From the NCBI GenBank assembly GCA_009103225.1, contig RHPI01001327.1, positions 186,001 to 250,000 of the forward strand: a stretch of 64,000 nt of DNA, written 5' to 3'. A program made the position numbers and the translations under genes. This DNA is from Chlorokybus atmophyticus. Taxonomy: Eukaryota > Plantae > Mesostigma and Chlorokybus algae. The notes under the pieces were generated by a model that ran no database searches, had not been told where the DNA came from, and saw nothing but the letters and a program-made list of their open reading frames with translations. Shown here piece after piece: positions 19,201 to 30,328 of this stretch (positions are counted from its first letter, which is position 1; each line of letters begins with the position of its first letter).

Positions 19201-19341
19201 AAACGCTAAATGCATCTTGAAGCTGTAATTGTTCGAGAGCTTGAGCAGCACCTTCTTGTCAAGTGCGCAGACGCCCATCTTAAGTTTCGGCTCATCGTCA
19301 TTGTTCCCCCTGCGGAAACCCTTGAGCAGCTGTCTGAACAT
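13263..19341 (-). CDS. VIP1: Bifunctional inositol pyrophosphate kinase/phosphatase (PPIP5K/VIP1/VIH), many exons, two candidate terminal exons
   Basis: ATP-grasp kinase motifs [69 protein letters not shown]. Histidine-phosphatase motif [12 protein letters not shown], assembled across an intron. Also [51 protein letters not shown] and [15 protein letters not shown]. Confidence 0.94.
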
Positions 19342-20053
19342 ATCTCGCTTCCGGCGGCGGTCCCCGTTGCCGCCCCCGCGGCCGCCTCCGCCGCCGGCCA
19401 GCCTGCCCGCTGCTGACCACCTGGCCGCCGTCGACTGGCTCACTGAACCCGAACCGATCTTGTAACGGCAGTGCTAGTTCACGCAGATGCGATCAATGAA
19501 CGGGATCAGTTGTGCTAGTTCACGATCAGCGATCAGTGATTGTGGCGAACACACTGCACAGCTGTTCGCTGCGGATCAAATGGTTTAGTGAATTAGTGAT
19601 CGCGTTCGGTCTATCGCAGCGGCGGCGGTGTGGTCGGTGGCCGTGTTGCTGTGGTCGCTGGTGGCAGTGGCGGGAACGCCTTGTTGTCATCCTTGATTGC
19701 AGCGTGGTAAGCGATAGGGAAGGTGTCCTTGCTATGTGGCATACCATGGCAGCTCATATCAGCAACGGCTGCATGCAGCATGCTGCCGTGATAGCAGCAC
19801 GACAGTCCGGAAGTATTAGCTTGTGTTGCAGCAGCTGATTACCTTATGTAGCAGTTTGACTTAGTTACACATACGTTGGCTGTACATGCTTAACCCTAGT
19901 ACATGTCTGGTGCATGTCTTCAATCAGCCGACTGTTGACTGTGAGCTACTTCTGCATGCATCTTGCTGTGTAGAGCCTGACAGACAGCTGCTCAAAGTAT
20001 GCATCACACATGCTCATTGCAGATCGCAAGCAGCCGAGCACGACAACATCAGC

Positions 20054-21132
20054 ATGGGGGAAGGTGATGACGCCGTGCAGGCGGCGGGGACCGCCGCTCG
20101 GGCCGTGGCTGACGCAGCGGAGGCCGCCGCCGCAGCCGTCCACAAGGTCGTTGAGGCGGTTGATGGCCGCAGCAGCGACACCAGCAGCAGCACGCAAGAC
20201 CACCCAACACAGCAGCAAAAGCAGCAGCAAGCAGCAGAGGACAGCACAGAGCAGCCGGAGGAGGAATGCGCGTTCTGTGTGTTTATGAAGGTGAGGGCTG
20301 AGGTGGTCTGGTTGTGGCTTGAGTGCTTTATTTAAGCAGCATACACAGATCTTGCATTCATGCTTGCAGTGCACGCCTGGGTGTTCGCAAAACAGCTGTA
20401 CAGCTCGTCATTCAAGCTAGCATGTTGTGTGCGTGACCAGTGTGAGCCCTGTGCAGTATGCAGCTGCTCGTCATGCTGTCAGTGTGCTGCTTACAAGTCG
20501 CCACATTCTACATATGGAGACTTCAGGCGCTGTGGACCTTGTTGGTGTACACAGCATGCATGCATGCATATTCTGTCCAATGTGTGCCATATGCGTAGCA
20601 GTGTTCCTGTCCTTCAGCAAAAAGCAGTACAAGTAGTGGCAGCTGCACGGTATAGCATGTGCGCAATGAGGCAGCAGCGTCTCTTGCAGCTGGCTTGCCT
20701 AGCATGCGACACCAGTCACTGTCTTTGACACTGATTGAGGTACACTAGCAGAGAGTGGATTGCCTGTGCAGCTGACTTGAGCCTGCTGCGCTTGCACAGG
20801 CCGGACCTTGTGGTGACGTGTTCACTGCCTGGGAGTTGTGCGTTGACGCTGGGCGAAAGGACGGTATGTGTGAACGCTGCCAATGCCTGTCATAAGATCT
20901 TGTGTGTCCGTTAGCTGTCAACCCGTACACCCCTGATAGGTACGTAAGTTGTGTTCGTGTGATGCTTGCAGAAGGTGGGGACTTCGTGGCGAGGTGTTCA
21001 CAGCAGACGCAAATGTTGCAAGTGTGCATGCAGCAGAACCCGTCGTATTATCAACCGGTGCTAGATGCAAATGAAGATGAGGCAGACAGTTCAGCCGAGT
21101 CACTCCCAGAACAGGCACAAACACAAGGCTAA
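20054..21132 (+). CDS. GCK-domain (CHCH-like, Cys-rich) protein, 3 exons
   Basis: EECAFCVFMK / AGPCGDVFTAWELCVD / GGDFVARCSQQTQMLQVCMQQNPSYYQPVL matches the plant GCK domain pattern. Stop TAA at 21130-21132. Confidence 0.78.
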
Positions 21133-21355
21133 TGGCTGTGACTAGTTTGTGTAGCCAGTTGTGCTTACCGTATGAGACTTAGGTGATTTTGTGTGGTGTT
21201 GTGAGTGTTCATTAGAATCATTGTTTACGACAGGGTCACACTTGGAACAGCATTTCAGCCCGGGTGTTTGGCGAAAATGGCTGGTAAAGGTGCCTAGTGA
21301 AGCTCTAGTCCCTGTAGTCCCTTTCGGGGTTGCAATGCAAAGAGTAAGGAGAGAT

Positions 21356-21898
21356 GGGGGGGGGGGGGGGGGGGGGGGGGNNNNNNNNNNNNNNNNNNNN
21401 NNNNNNNNNNNNNNNNNNNNNNNNNNNNNNNNNNNNNNNNNNNNNNNNNNNNNNNNNNNNNNNNNNNNNNNNNNNNNNNNNNNNNNNNNNNNNNNNNNNN
21501 NNNNNNNNNNNNNNNNNNNNNNNNNNNNNNNNNNNNNNNNNNNNNNNNNNNNNNNNNNNNNNNNNNNNNNNNNNNNNNNNNNNNNNNNNNNNNNNNNNNN
21601 NNNNNNNNNNNNNNNNNNNNNNNNNNNNNNNNNNNNNNNNNNNNNNNNNNNNNNNNNNNNNNNNNNNNNNNNNNNNNNNNNNNNNNNNNNNNNNNNNNNN
21701 NNNNNNNNNNNNNNNNNNNNNNNNNNNNNNNNNNNNNNNNNNNNNNNNNNNNNNNNNNNNNNNNNNNNNNNNNNNNNNNNNNNNNNNNNNNNNNNNNNNN
21801 NNNNNNNNNNNNNNNNNNNNNNNNNNNNNNNNNNNNNNNNNNNNNNNNNTGTAACAACACGTATGTGTTATGCGTATGAATTAAGCATAGGGGGGGGG
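21356..21898. other. Assembly gap (N, 21381-21849) flanked by poly-G
   Basis: A G run precedes the Ns, and a shorter G run lies about 40 bp after them. Confidence 0.95.
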
Positions 21899-22164
21899 AA
21901 GGTGAAGGTGATTGCCACATGGCTCGCAATGAGTGCGGCGGTGACCCTTGTGTAATAGATTTGCAAGACTCAGTGGAGTAGTACGAAGTGTGCTTTACCA
22001 ACCGTCCGGTTACCAGCCGCTTGATGATGTTTTTGCCCGCTATTTTACCAAACAAGTGTGACCTGGCCCTTAGAAGGGAAATGCAATAGCTGTGGGAAGT
22101 TCGCCTGAAGTCACCATTGAACACTCAAGTATTGGGTAAATGAGACAAGAGCACATGAACATCA

Positions 22165-22405
22165 CTAGCAGACAATAGCACAATGACAACAGGGTCTCAG
22201 CGTTGAGCTATCGTTGTAGTGCTGGCAGTGATATCCCATGACCTTGAGGTGCATGTGCAAAAGCAGCTGCAGGTCTTTCTCAACTAAGCATACACAATAG
22301 CAATGACAGCGCGGTCTTAGCGTTGAGCTATTGATGTAGTGCTGGCAGTACACTCCCCATGTCCTTGAAGTGCATGTGCAACAGCAACTGCAGGTCTTCC
22401 TCAAC
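22165..22405. repeat. Two-copy tandem repeat with a 121-bp period; each copy starts with a minus-strand splice acceptor and exon-like sequence
   Basis: On the minus strand, ag|TTGAGGAAGACCTGCAG begins at 22404 and ag|TTGAGAAAGACCTGCAG begins at 22283. The copies align along their whole length with scattered substitutions. Confidence 0.85.
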
Positions 22406-24259
22406 TGCAGAATCGATTGTCAGCCCATGTAAGCACAGTATACACACATTTGCTCGCACATGCACAAAAGCACACACATCAGTGATGTAATGCAGTCAGC
22501 ACACTACCACTTACTGAGGTTGGAGTAGCCAACATCTGCAAGAAGGAGCTCCCGCAGAAACAATGCGAGAGCGCCAGTCATGAGCGCACGCTCCAAAGGT
22601 GGCATGGCGGCAACAGCAGCATGGTCAATCTGCATGGAAGATTGCTGGTAAGTTGTTTGCCAGCACACAATCTTGTTCCTGTGTGCCTTGTGAGAGAATC
22701 AACATGCCGCCTGGTGCCAACACTTACCTCAAACGGGTTGGCAGCAGGTGGGTGCGCATTCATTATTATCAGTTCCTCCACAATGTCCCATACTTTGTGT
22801 CCTGTGGCAAAAGAGATGTCATGACAGAGACTGCCAGCTTTCATACATTTCTGGTGCGCATCTGTGTGGGTTCATCACCGTTGCAACTGTTGTGCTTCAT
22901 CAAACTGACCGTTGCTCTGCCACTTTTGAGTCGTGTTCAAGTCTAACGGGAGGTCCTTCAGGTTGGCGTTTGCTGAGAGCCGGTTGTGGTTGGTACGCAG
23001 CTGTTGGAAAGCATAGATTGACAATGCGTGTTAACGAGTGCATCAATGGCGAGCGCTGTGCGTGCACACGCCCTCGCGCACATGCGCGTGTGTCTGTGTA
23101 TGTTCTGCGCCGGATTCAGGAATTCAGCCAGCAGGGACCAGAGCACCCACATAAAACTATACTACAACTGACAAGTGTATGATATCAAGTCCAGCTCACC
23201 CAAACATATGGCCACTGGTATCGCGCGTATGCACCAATGAGGAAAACCGTCTCTTCTGGCGTGCTCTGCACGCAAACAAGATGGTCACTGCTGCAGCTTA
23301 ACAAGCTGTATTGCAATACTGCATCAAGTAGATGAAAGGTACAGCGACTTTGCTGTGCAGACATGCGTTAGCCAAGCATCCAATGACGTTTGCTTACTAC
23401 CTTCTCAATCTCCGCAGACGCAGGAGAAGCAGGAGGGTACCAACGGGACGGTGTCACTGTGGGTATTCGAAGCCCCCGACTGGTTTGCAGTGTCGAGGAT
23501 GGTGTCACCTACGTGGAGTGCATGAATGGAACACTCTGCTATGTGTGCTTGACCCGTATAACATATGCCTGCAACAATGTGCTGTGCAGCTCCAAACATG
23601 ATAATCTTAACATGACCGTGTATGGCGCCGGTTAACAGATAAATGTGATGGGTTGCAACTGTCGTGAGGAACCCATACCTGTCTTGAGGCTGGTTGATGC
23701 TTAACAGTAACGAGCAGCTCCTCCCTCCCCCTGAGATAGAGCTCCACATGCCGAAAGCCCCGCAAACAGCCCATCCGCAAGCAATCACTGCGTGTGTGGT
23801 GGGAGCATGCAATAAAAACTTGGTTAATTCAGGGATTCATCAAGCACACACATGGCAGGTACCGACTCTTCAGCTGTCATGAAGCCTCCAAGTTGTCTGT
23901 GTGACTTTGTGCCTAACTGCAGGAATGAAAGGCGGAAGAGGCAGCTAACGGATGCACAACTACGGAGCATGAAACACTCTCGATACAAACGCATACAACG
24001 CAAGGAAACAAGCATCTGTAAGGGGAGCAGTCAAGGGTATCGCAGGCACTGCACCGTATTTCCTTGGAACGAGACAACAATGAGAGCATTGCATACGCAT
24101 TATATCATGGTATGCTCCAATGCTGCTTGTTTCAACAAGGCATGACAATGCAGCACTTATTCACACGCTTTCAACACATACCGGTAGAACTCTTCCAGCT
24201 GCGAAGTGCTCCCTGAAGACTGCTGCTGTTGCTGTTGCTGCTGTTGCTGCTGCTGTTGT

Positions 24260-24294
<35 letters not shown>

Positions 24295-24426
24295 GTGGTG
24301 TTGCTGATGGAAGGGAGACGGCTGCTGCTGGTGCGCCGCCCCTCCGCCTCCCCACCTGTGCGTGGGCGTGTTGGGCCCCGACCCAACCACCACCGGCGCT
24401 GACGGCTGCTGCGGGTAGTACGCCAT
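22165..24426 (-). CDS. Hypothetical spliced protein with polyQ N-terminus; 3' end uncertain
   Basis: ATG at 24426 gives MAYYPQQP...polyQ...EEFYR|GT. Downstream exons have canonical boundaries and consistent phases: LRTNHNRLSANANLKDLPLDLNTTQKWQSN, DAHQKCMKAGSLCHDISFATGHKVWDIVEELIIMNAHPPAANPFE|GTAAGT, IDHAAVAAMPPLERALMTGALALFLRELLLADVGYSNL|GTAAGT. No family recognised, and the middle exons are unresolved. Confidence 0.55.
24222..24311 (-). repeat. CAG/CAA microsatellite encoding polyglutamine
   Basis: (TGC/TGT)n tract on the plus strand, inside exon 1 of the orphan gene. Confidence 0.85.
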
Positions 24427-24543
24427 CGCCGCCTCCCCACCCACCACCACCAACACCAACAATAACAGAACCAAGCGGCTTTCAACTAACAGCAGGGCTG
24501 AGGCTTATGCTCATGTTTGTGCTTGAGCTTAAGCTCGAGTTCC

Positions 24544-25814
24544 ATGGAGGCGTTGGCGGCAGGGGCGGCAGCGGTGGTGGTGAGGCCGGCGGTGTTGCCA
24601 AAGCGCAAGGCGATGGTTTCAGCGATCAAGCCAGGCAGGCGAGGAGTGCGATTGCCGTCGAGCAAAGGTGCGCTTGTGTGGCGTTGGTTATTGCTCAGTT
24701 CAGCTGCTCTGCATGAGCTGGTGTTCATACGCATGTGTGTGTAGTGAGTTCCATTGCATCGATGCATCATTGCAATACTTTTAAGAGCGCAGTTGACACT
24801 TGTACAATCTGCGGGCAAGTTGCACAGCAGCGCTGTCTCCATGCTGTACGTAGATCAGAACTGCACTGGGCGTTGGTCATGCTGTTGCAGGGACTTTGCA
24901 AGCGACTAGGCAAGCTGTGCTACTCAATGGAGTCACGGTTGTTCCCATGCCAAGATACTATACGTAACTCTATCCCTGTGCAGTGGTGCATTTGCAGCGC
25001 TGTTGCGCCATGGAGGATGAAGCCGAAGTCAGGCACAGTGTGAGGTTGCCTTGCACGCATGCTTTGCACCTTCGCCAACCCCACCGACTCTTTGTGGTTG
25101 CTATACATGTGCTAATGTTTGTGGTTGCTATACATACGTGCAGGGCGCTGTTGCGGCCGAAGAGTTGACAGTAGTTTTCCTGCCTGAGGAAGTCTACACG
25201 ACTGCAAGAGCTGGTGAAAACATCATGGAGGTGAGTAATAGTACAGCCATATATTGCTCCTCACCTCATCACAGATTACATACCCAAACACGATATGCGA
25301 TGACCAGGCACATTTGGCTGAGTGCTTTACTCAACCAGTAATCGCTGTTCTCGTTACTTCAAGTGGCTGTGTGCAAAATTCAGCTGTTGCTGCCACTTAT
25401 CAAGCAACCTTCCGTCAAGTTAGACTAGCTAGCTGTGTCGCTGACCTGGTTGCGGCTCCAGCGTTGCATGAATCGCTGTTGCTGACGGCCATGCTGGTTG
25501 GCGACAGGTGGCAGAGCGTTGTGGTATACAAGTTCCGCACAGTTGCATGCAAGGGTACTGTGGTACTTGCGAGGTATACATGCAGGAAACTGGCTTGCAA
25601 CACAATGCTTGTCGTAATGCATGTCATCTCAGTCATTGCCTTGCTGCAGCTAGAGGTGACAAAGCACACCGCGGATGACGCCAACTCGCATGCGCAAACA
25701 TCCTCGCCAGTTGTTGTAAGGTCGTGTATAGCGGCCATACCATCAGGGTACAAGCGTGTTGTTGTCAGCGCCATTGAAGACCCGTACTGGGGCGGTGGAG
25801 ATGGCTGGATGTAG
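24544..25814 (+). CDS. 2Fe-2S ferredoxin-like protein with probable plastid transit peptide, 4 exons
   Basis: VAERCGIQVPHSCMQGYCGTCE gives C-x4-C-x2-C, with a distal Cys in VVRSCI. The first exon is A/R/V-rich. Stop TAG at 25812-25814. Confidence 0.8.
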
Positions 25815-27574
25815 TTCATTTCTCGAAAGCGTGGTAAGCATGTACTTCTTGTAAAGCATCCAACCAATCATTTGCAAGCATTGTACAGGGTGTGTATCCC
25901 TACAATGGGCATGCCACTGCTGCATTGTGCGAATTCATTAGCAACACTATTTATGTCACCTTCCCTCATTTACCTCCATCAGGTGAGCTGCCTACCAGCA
26001 TTGCATACCAAGCAATCCAGTCGCACGTCAATAGCATCTACGGTGCAGCACCAACCTTTCATGGCGGTACTGTTGCAGTGTGGCAGCAGGCACAAAGCGA
26101 GGACAACATGAAGTTATGCAGCTTGGGGAGAGGCATGGGCCATGGCGGCTAGTGTGTACCGGGTGCTGTATCACACATCGTCTGCTACCTGCTACTGCTT
26201 TGCTTTGTTGCTGTTTAAGGGAATGTCGTGCGTCTGTGTTGAAATCTATAGCATAACTTATCATACGACTTATCCTAGCAGTGCTATACTGTACATCATG
26301 GCATAAGGCTTATGCTATGATAGATGTAAGCTCTGCCTTGGCCCATATCAAGTCAAACCTTTCCTTCTGATTGCACATTTACCTGCACATACACTTCAAG
26401 TTAGCTCGTGCAACTCGTATGTGCATTATAGCCATGTTGATATGCTGACGTGACGACATTCGGCCATTAATGTGATGTCATACAGCAAACCACATATCAA
26501 CTTACTGATGAATGCTAAGCGGCTTTTGTAGAACAATTGTCACTTTGTAGAAAAACTATATAGAACAAATTTACAATTGACAATTATCAGTTGTTTACAT
26601 TACGTAGTGCCATGATGCATTCATGTTTACGTATGATATTGCATTGTCGTAATTCGCTATAGATTTGCTTTACAATAAAAAGTGCTTGTGTCAAGTTTGA
26701 AGTTGAATGGTGCCTTCATTTGCATAGCAATTTATGACCTGTACAGAGGGCAAGGGTGGACCTGCTATATGTCCATTCAGTTATATACCCTAAGTTAAAG
26801 TAGTTGTGATAGTTCTTGATATATGACGCGCATGTATAAGTGTCTATTTTCATGAGATTCGATTCGGAATCAACGCAGCGCAGTGGCACACGGGATCTTT
26901 GAGCTGGAGGCTGGCAGCGACGGCTGGGGCCGGGAGGGCGGCGGGCAAGGCGGCGGGCAAGGTTCAGCTGGCCAGCCTCTTGCCCATCATCTCAGACCAT
27001 TGCGAAGGGGCAGTTCACCGCTGCTGTTTGGATGCTGGCAGAAAATAAGGTGAATAGCAGCTGCATGGCCTCTGCCTCTCAAGGGTCAGTGGCAGCATGC
27101 CAGCATGCCAGCATGCCCGCTTCTTCCAGGGTTTTTACTGCTTGCTGATCCACCCGTAACTCTGGTTGTCATGTAAGCGTATCCTATTCTGGTGCTGCTT
27201 TGCATGCATGTCTGCTGGCAGTGCTGCACTAAGTCCTGGTCAGCATAGCATGCACGGTTCTTGTTGAGCATGTGCTGATGCTTGGCAAGCGTGTCATACA
27301 GCAGTGATTTTCTGTGTATAAACAGGCGTACTTACAGGCTTGCTGATTTAGCCAAGTCCAGCTGCCCGAGCACAAGCGCCTCAAGTTGCCAGTTGATTGC
27401 ACCCATATGAGTACTGAGATCGCCAGCATGCGCTCAGTGCGATTGTCTTGTAAACAGCAGCTTCCTGCGCAGAACAGCTAGCTGATTGCAGGCTGGAACA
27501 CTTGTTACACGAGTAAAGCCAAGCTAGGCAGTGGGTAGCACAACAGAACTAGACAGATAATATACACACATCCC

Positions 27575-29527
27575 ATGGCGCTGCGCGTGATAGTGTTTCC
27601 AGTTTACAAGCGCCAATGGGCCTTTCTGGCCATACCGCCACCTGTCAAGGGCTCGAAAACAGCTGTGGATCCGGCAACAATAGGCTTCCGCAGCCTCCTG
27701 CGAGAGCTTTCTGCTGTAAAGGATTGGTCCACTCGCGCAGTTATCGCTGCTGATAGAATTTCCGCTAAGGTGCCTTTGATCACACTCAAGCATGCATGCA
27801 TGCATGCATGCATGGCTGCTTGTTGGGTACATGGGGTGAGGTATGCATGGCGTACTCAACAAGGATCCTGCGTAGGCAGAGCATATGTACTCTCAGCTTG
27901 GCACGGCACCAGAAGGATCTTGGAAGCATCGAACATACAGGTATGGCTCAGCAACATAATGATGAACGCTAGCCAAGTCCATTGCTTCTGGTTAGCAAAT
28001 CAAGCGTGACATTGTGGTGCAACAGCGCATGTAGATCTCATGCTGCCAGGAATGCAGGTTGATCCAGAAGCTGGTAGTGACGGCGAGGCCAGAGGAGCTG
28101 TTCCTGCGCTCTGTTTCAACAGATGCCCTTCAAGTAGAGCTTGTGTTTCCGTCCAGGTGGGTTAATCTCGATGGTACTTATCCTGGTTAAAATTGCTAGC
28201 AAAGTAAGCAGTCACCTGGGCTGAATGATTACTTTAACAACAACAATGTGCTGTTCTGCAGCTTGCATCCGCGATTAGTGCGCAGGCGCGTGCGACTCCT
28301 GGCTTCACGGTATGGTGCAGTGCAACAATTATGTGTTTGCACATTTCCGCATGTTCCGCATTGTGTTTGTGGTAACTGCCTAAATGATGGGGTAATCATC
28401 TAATGAGTCAGAGCGCCATGAATGCATCTTGCGCGCAGGTGTTTGCCATTTCATAGGTGGTGGTGTAAAGCAGATTTATATTTTGTCCCTGTGACATCTC
28501 TTGGTGCGGTGAGCACAGAATTTGTGTTGCTTGATTGCAACCCTCGCTCGCATCCTTGCAGCATTAACATCCGCGCCACTTAGTCCGGGAAAGCATTCAT
28601 CAGCAGTGCAAGTTGACTGATTGTCATGTTGCAGATTCTGCCTGCGCCCAATGTGTTCTTATTTTGGAACTTGTATCGTGTCATCTCCCATTGGCGAGCA
28701 TGGAGGGTATGCGGCGTTATTGTATAATCTTGGTGTACAGTCACCATGCATGCATGCACCTCAACCAAGTGTGTTCAACGCAAGTCTGCATTGCTTGCAG
28801 GGCAGCGAGTTTTTGTTGCGAATGTCACCCAAAGCAAAGCAGATAGCTGAAGCAAGCACCACAGACTCTCCCCAAGCCGACACCTCGTTGAAAGCCCAGC
28901 AAAGCGGAGATGAAGTCAGCACAGCACAATCTCCAGCAACACCCATACCTGCGGTATGTGATGGCATGTACACTTACATGAGCTGACCACTGATTGGCAA
29001 CCAGGTTTATTCACAAATTATAAATACGCACTGCACAGCCAGTAGCGTCACACTGTCCATATCTTGTCCATGCGTTGTCCACTTTACCTTGAAATTATGC
29101 AAGAGGATGAAGACAAGTTATTGCTGTGGCCCTGTTTGACTCGCGCTCGCGTGTGTCTGTGTGATTTCCTGGTGGTTGGAGCATGCAAATCGATACAGGT
29201 AGTGTCGTGAATTGGGCATGAGCACACATCTAGCCCAGGCAGTCAGGTTTATCATGTGCAAACAACACGGCTCCATCGTAGCAGCACTGCCACTATGTGT
29301 GCGCATATGCGTGCCAGCTGGCACACATGTGTGCGTTGAAGGCAAGTGTAGCAGTACTCATCCTGACTGAACAATCACAGGTTGCTGCCCCAAGCGAGGA
29401 GCTGGAAGCGCTGGCGAAGCCCGCCGAGCGGTGGCATGCTGCTCTGAGTCGAGAGGAGCTTGAGGCCATTTGCAGCAAGTTTCAGATTGATATCAATGTA
29501 GCCAGCAGATGGCTTGGGCGGCAATAG
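27575..29527 (+). CDS. Mit_KHE1/DUF2343-family protein (mitochondrial K+/H+ exchange-related), 8 exons
   Basis: MALRVIVFPVYKRQWAF / APEGSWKHRTY / RPEELFLRSV...ELVFPS / LHPRLVRRRVRLLA / FVPVTSLG / ILPAPNVFLFWNLYRVISHWRAWR / GSEFL matches the plant members of this family from recall. Confidence 0.82.
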
Positions 29528-30328
29528 GCGGTAGGTAATTGGTCATGCACTCTCAGCACTGTTGTGTCGCACTGTCTGCAGCAACTTGGTCTCTAGTGTT
29601 TCGGGCATGGTTGCCGCCGCATCTATTGTTGCTATTGTGCCTTCACGGTTAGCAGTAGATGCAACATTACTTGGTAGGTATGTTCTGTTGGACAGCTCGC
29701 GTTTGGATGGCCTATCCAGCGCATGTGATGAGTGTTTGCGGCTTGGTGATTAAGTCTCCCTAAATCGGCACCAGAACACATGTTTGTATGGCTTCTATCT
29801 GTTGGTGTGCACAGGATTAAAAAGATGCGAACTATTGTGATCAGTCTTTCACGCCACAATGGGTTGATTTGTACATAGGCACAACCTTGGTGCGCCATCT
29901 ATGCATTATCACTTTGTAGACTCACAACACAGTGCGCAGAAGCACAGTTCATAATTCTTGGGAATTGCTAGAACGTTTGCACAATACAACCAAGCTAGGT
30001 GGACTTCTTTCTTTTCAAGCCATGCCTGAACCTCACCGATAAGGAGAGAATACTGTGAAAGGTACAGAGTGTGAAGGCGAGCAGGTGTACTGTGGTCAGA
30101 AGGGGAGCGGAAAAGGTAGTCGAGTGCAGTGCATAGAGTGAACTAAGAGATCTCCATGCCTTCCGGCTGCTTCCCGCATCACTCAGAGTGATTCACTCTG
30201 AGTGATGCGCCATATTCTTCCCGTCCATGCGCACGACAGCGACAGCAGTAGCCGTCACAGCATTGGCGAGCATTAAGCAGCAGTCCTGAGCTGCCTGGAG
30301 GCGGCGGCGGTGGTGGCGGCGGGCCGAG

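Noticed and set aside
21191-22124. Long ORFs spanning N runs (also 38837-39538, 42443-43345, 51297-51726)
   Set aside because: Artefacts of X translation through gaps and homopolymers.
22165-22405. Repeat array as a CRISPR candidate
   Set aside because: Only two 121-bp degenerate copies with no spacers, in a eukaryotic exon context.
25872-26152. ORFs downstream of the ferredoxin stop, suggesting readthrough or an extra exon
   Set aside because: No recognisable motif, UTR-like composition, and the ferredoxin domain is already complete.
27330-27410. Minus-strand segment INWQLEALVLGQLDLAKSASL resembling the BRO1 C-terminus
   Set aside because: Similarity is limited to a few Leu/Glu/Asp positions, and no other BRO1 exons lie nearby.
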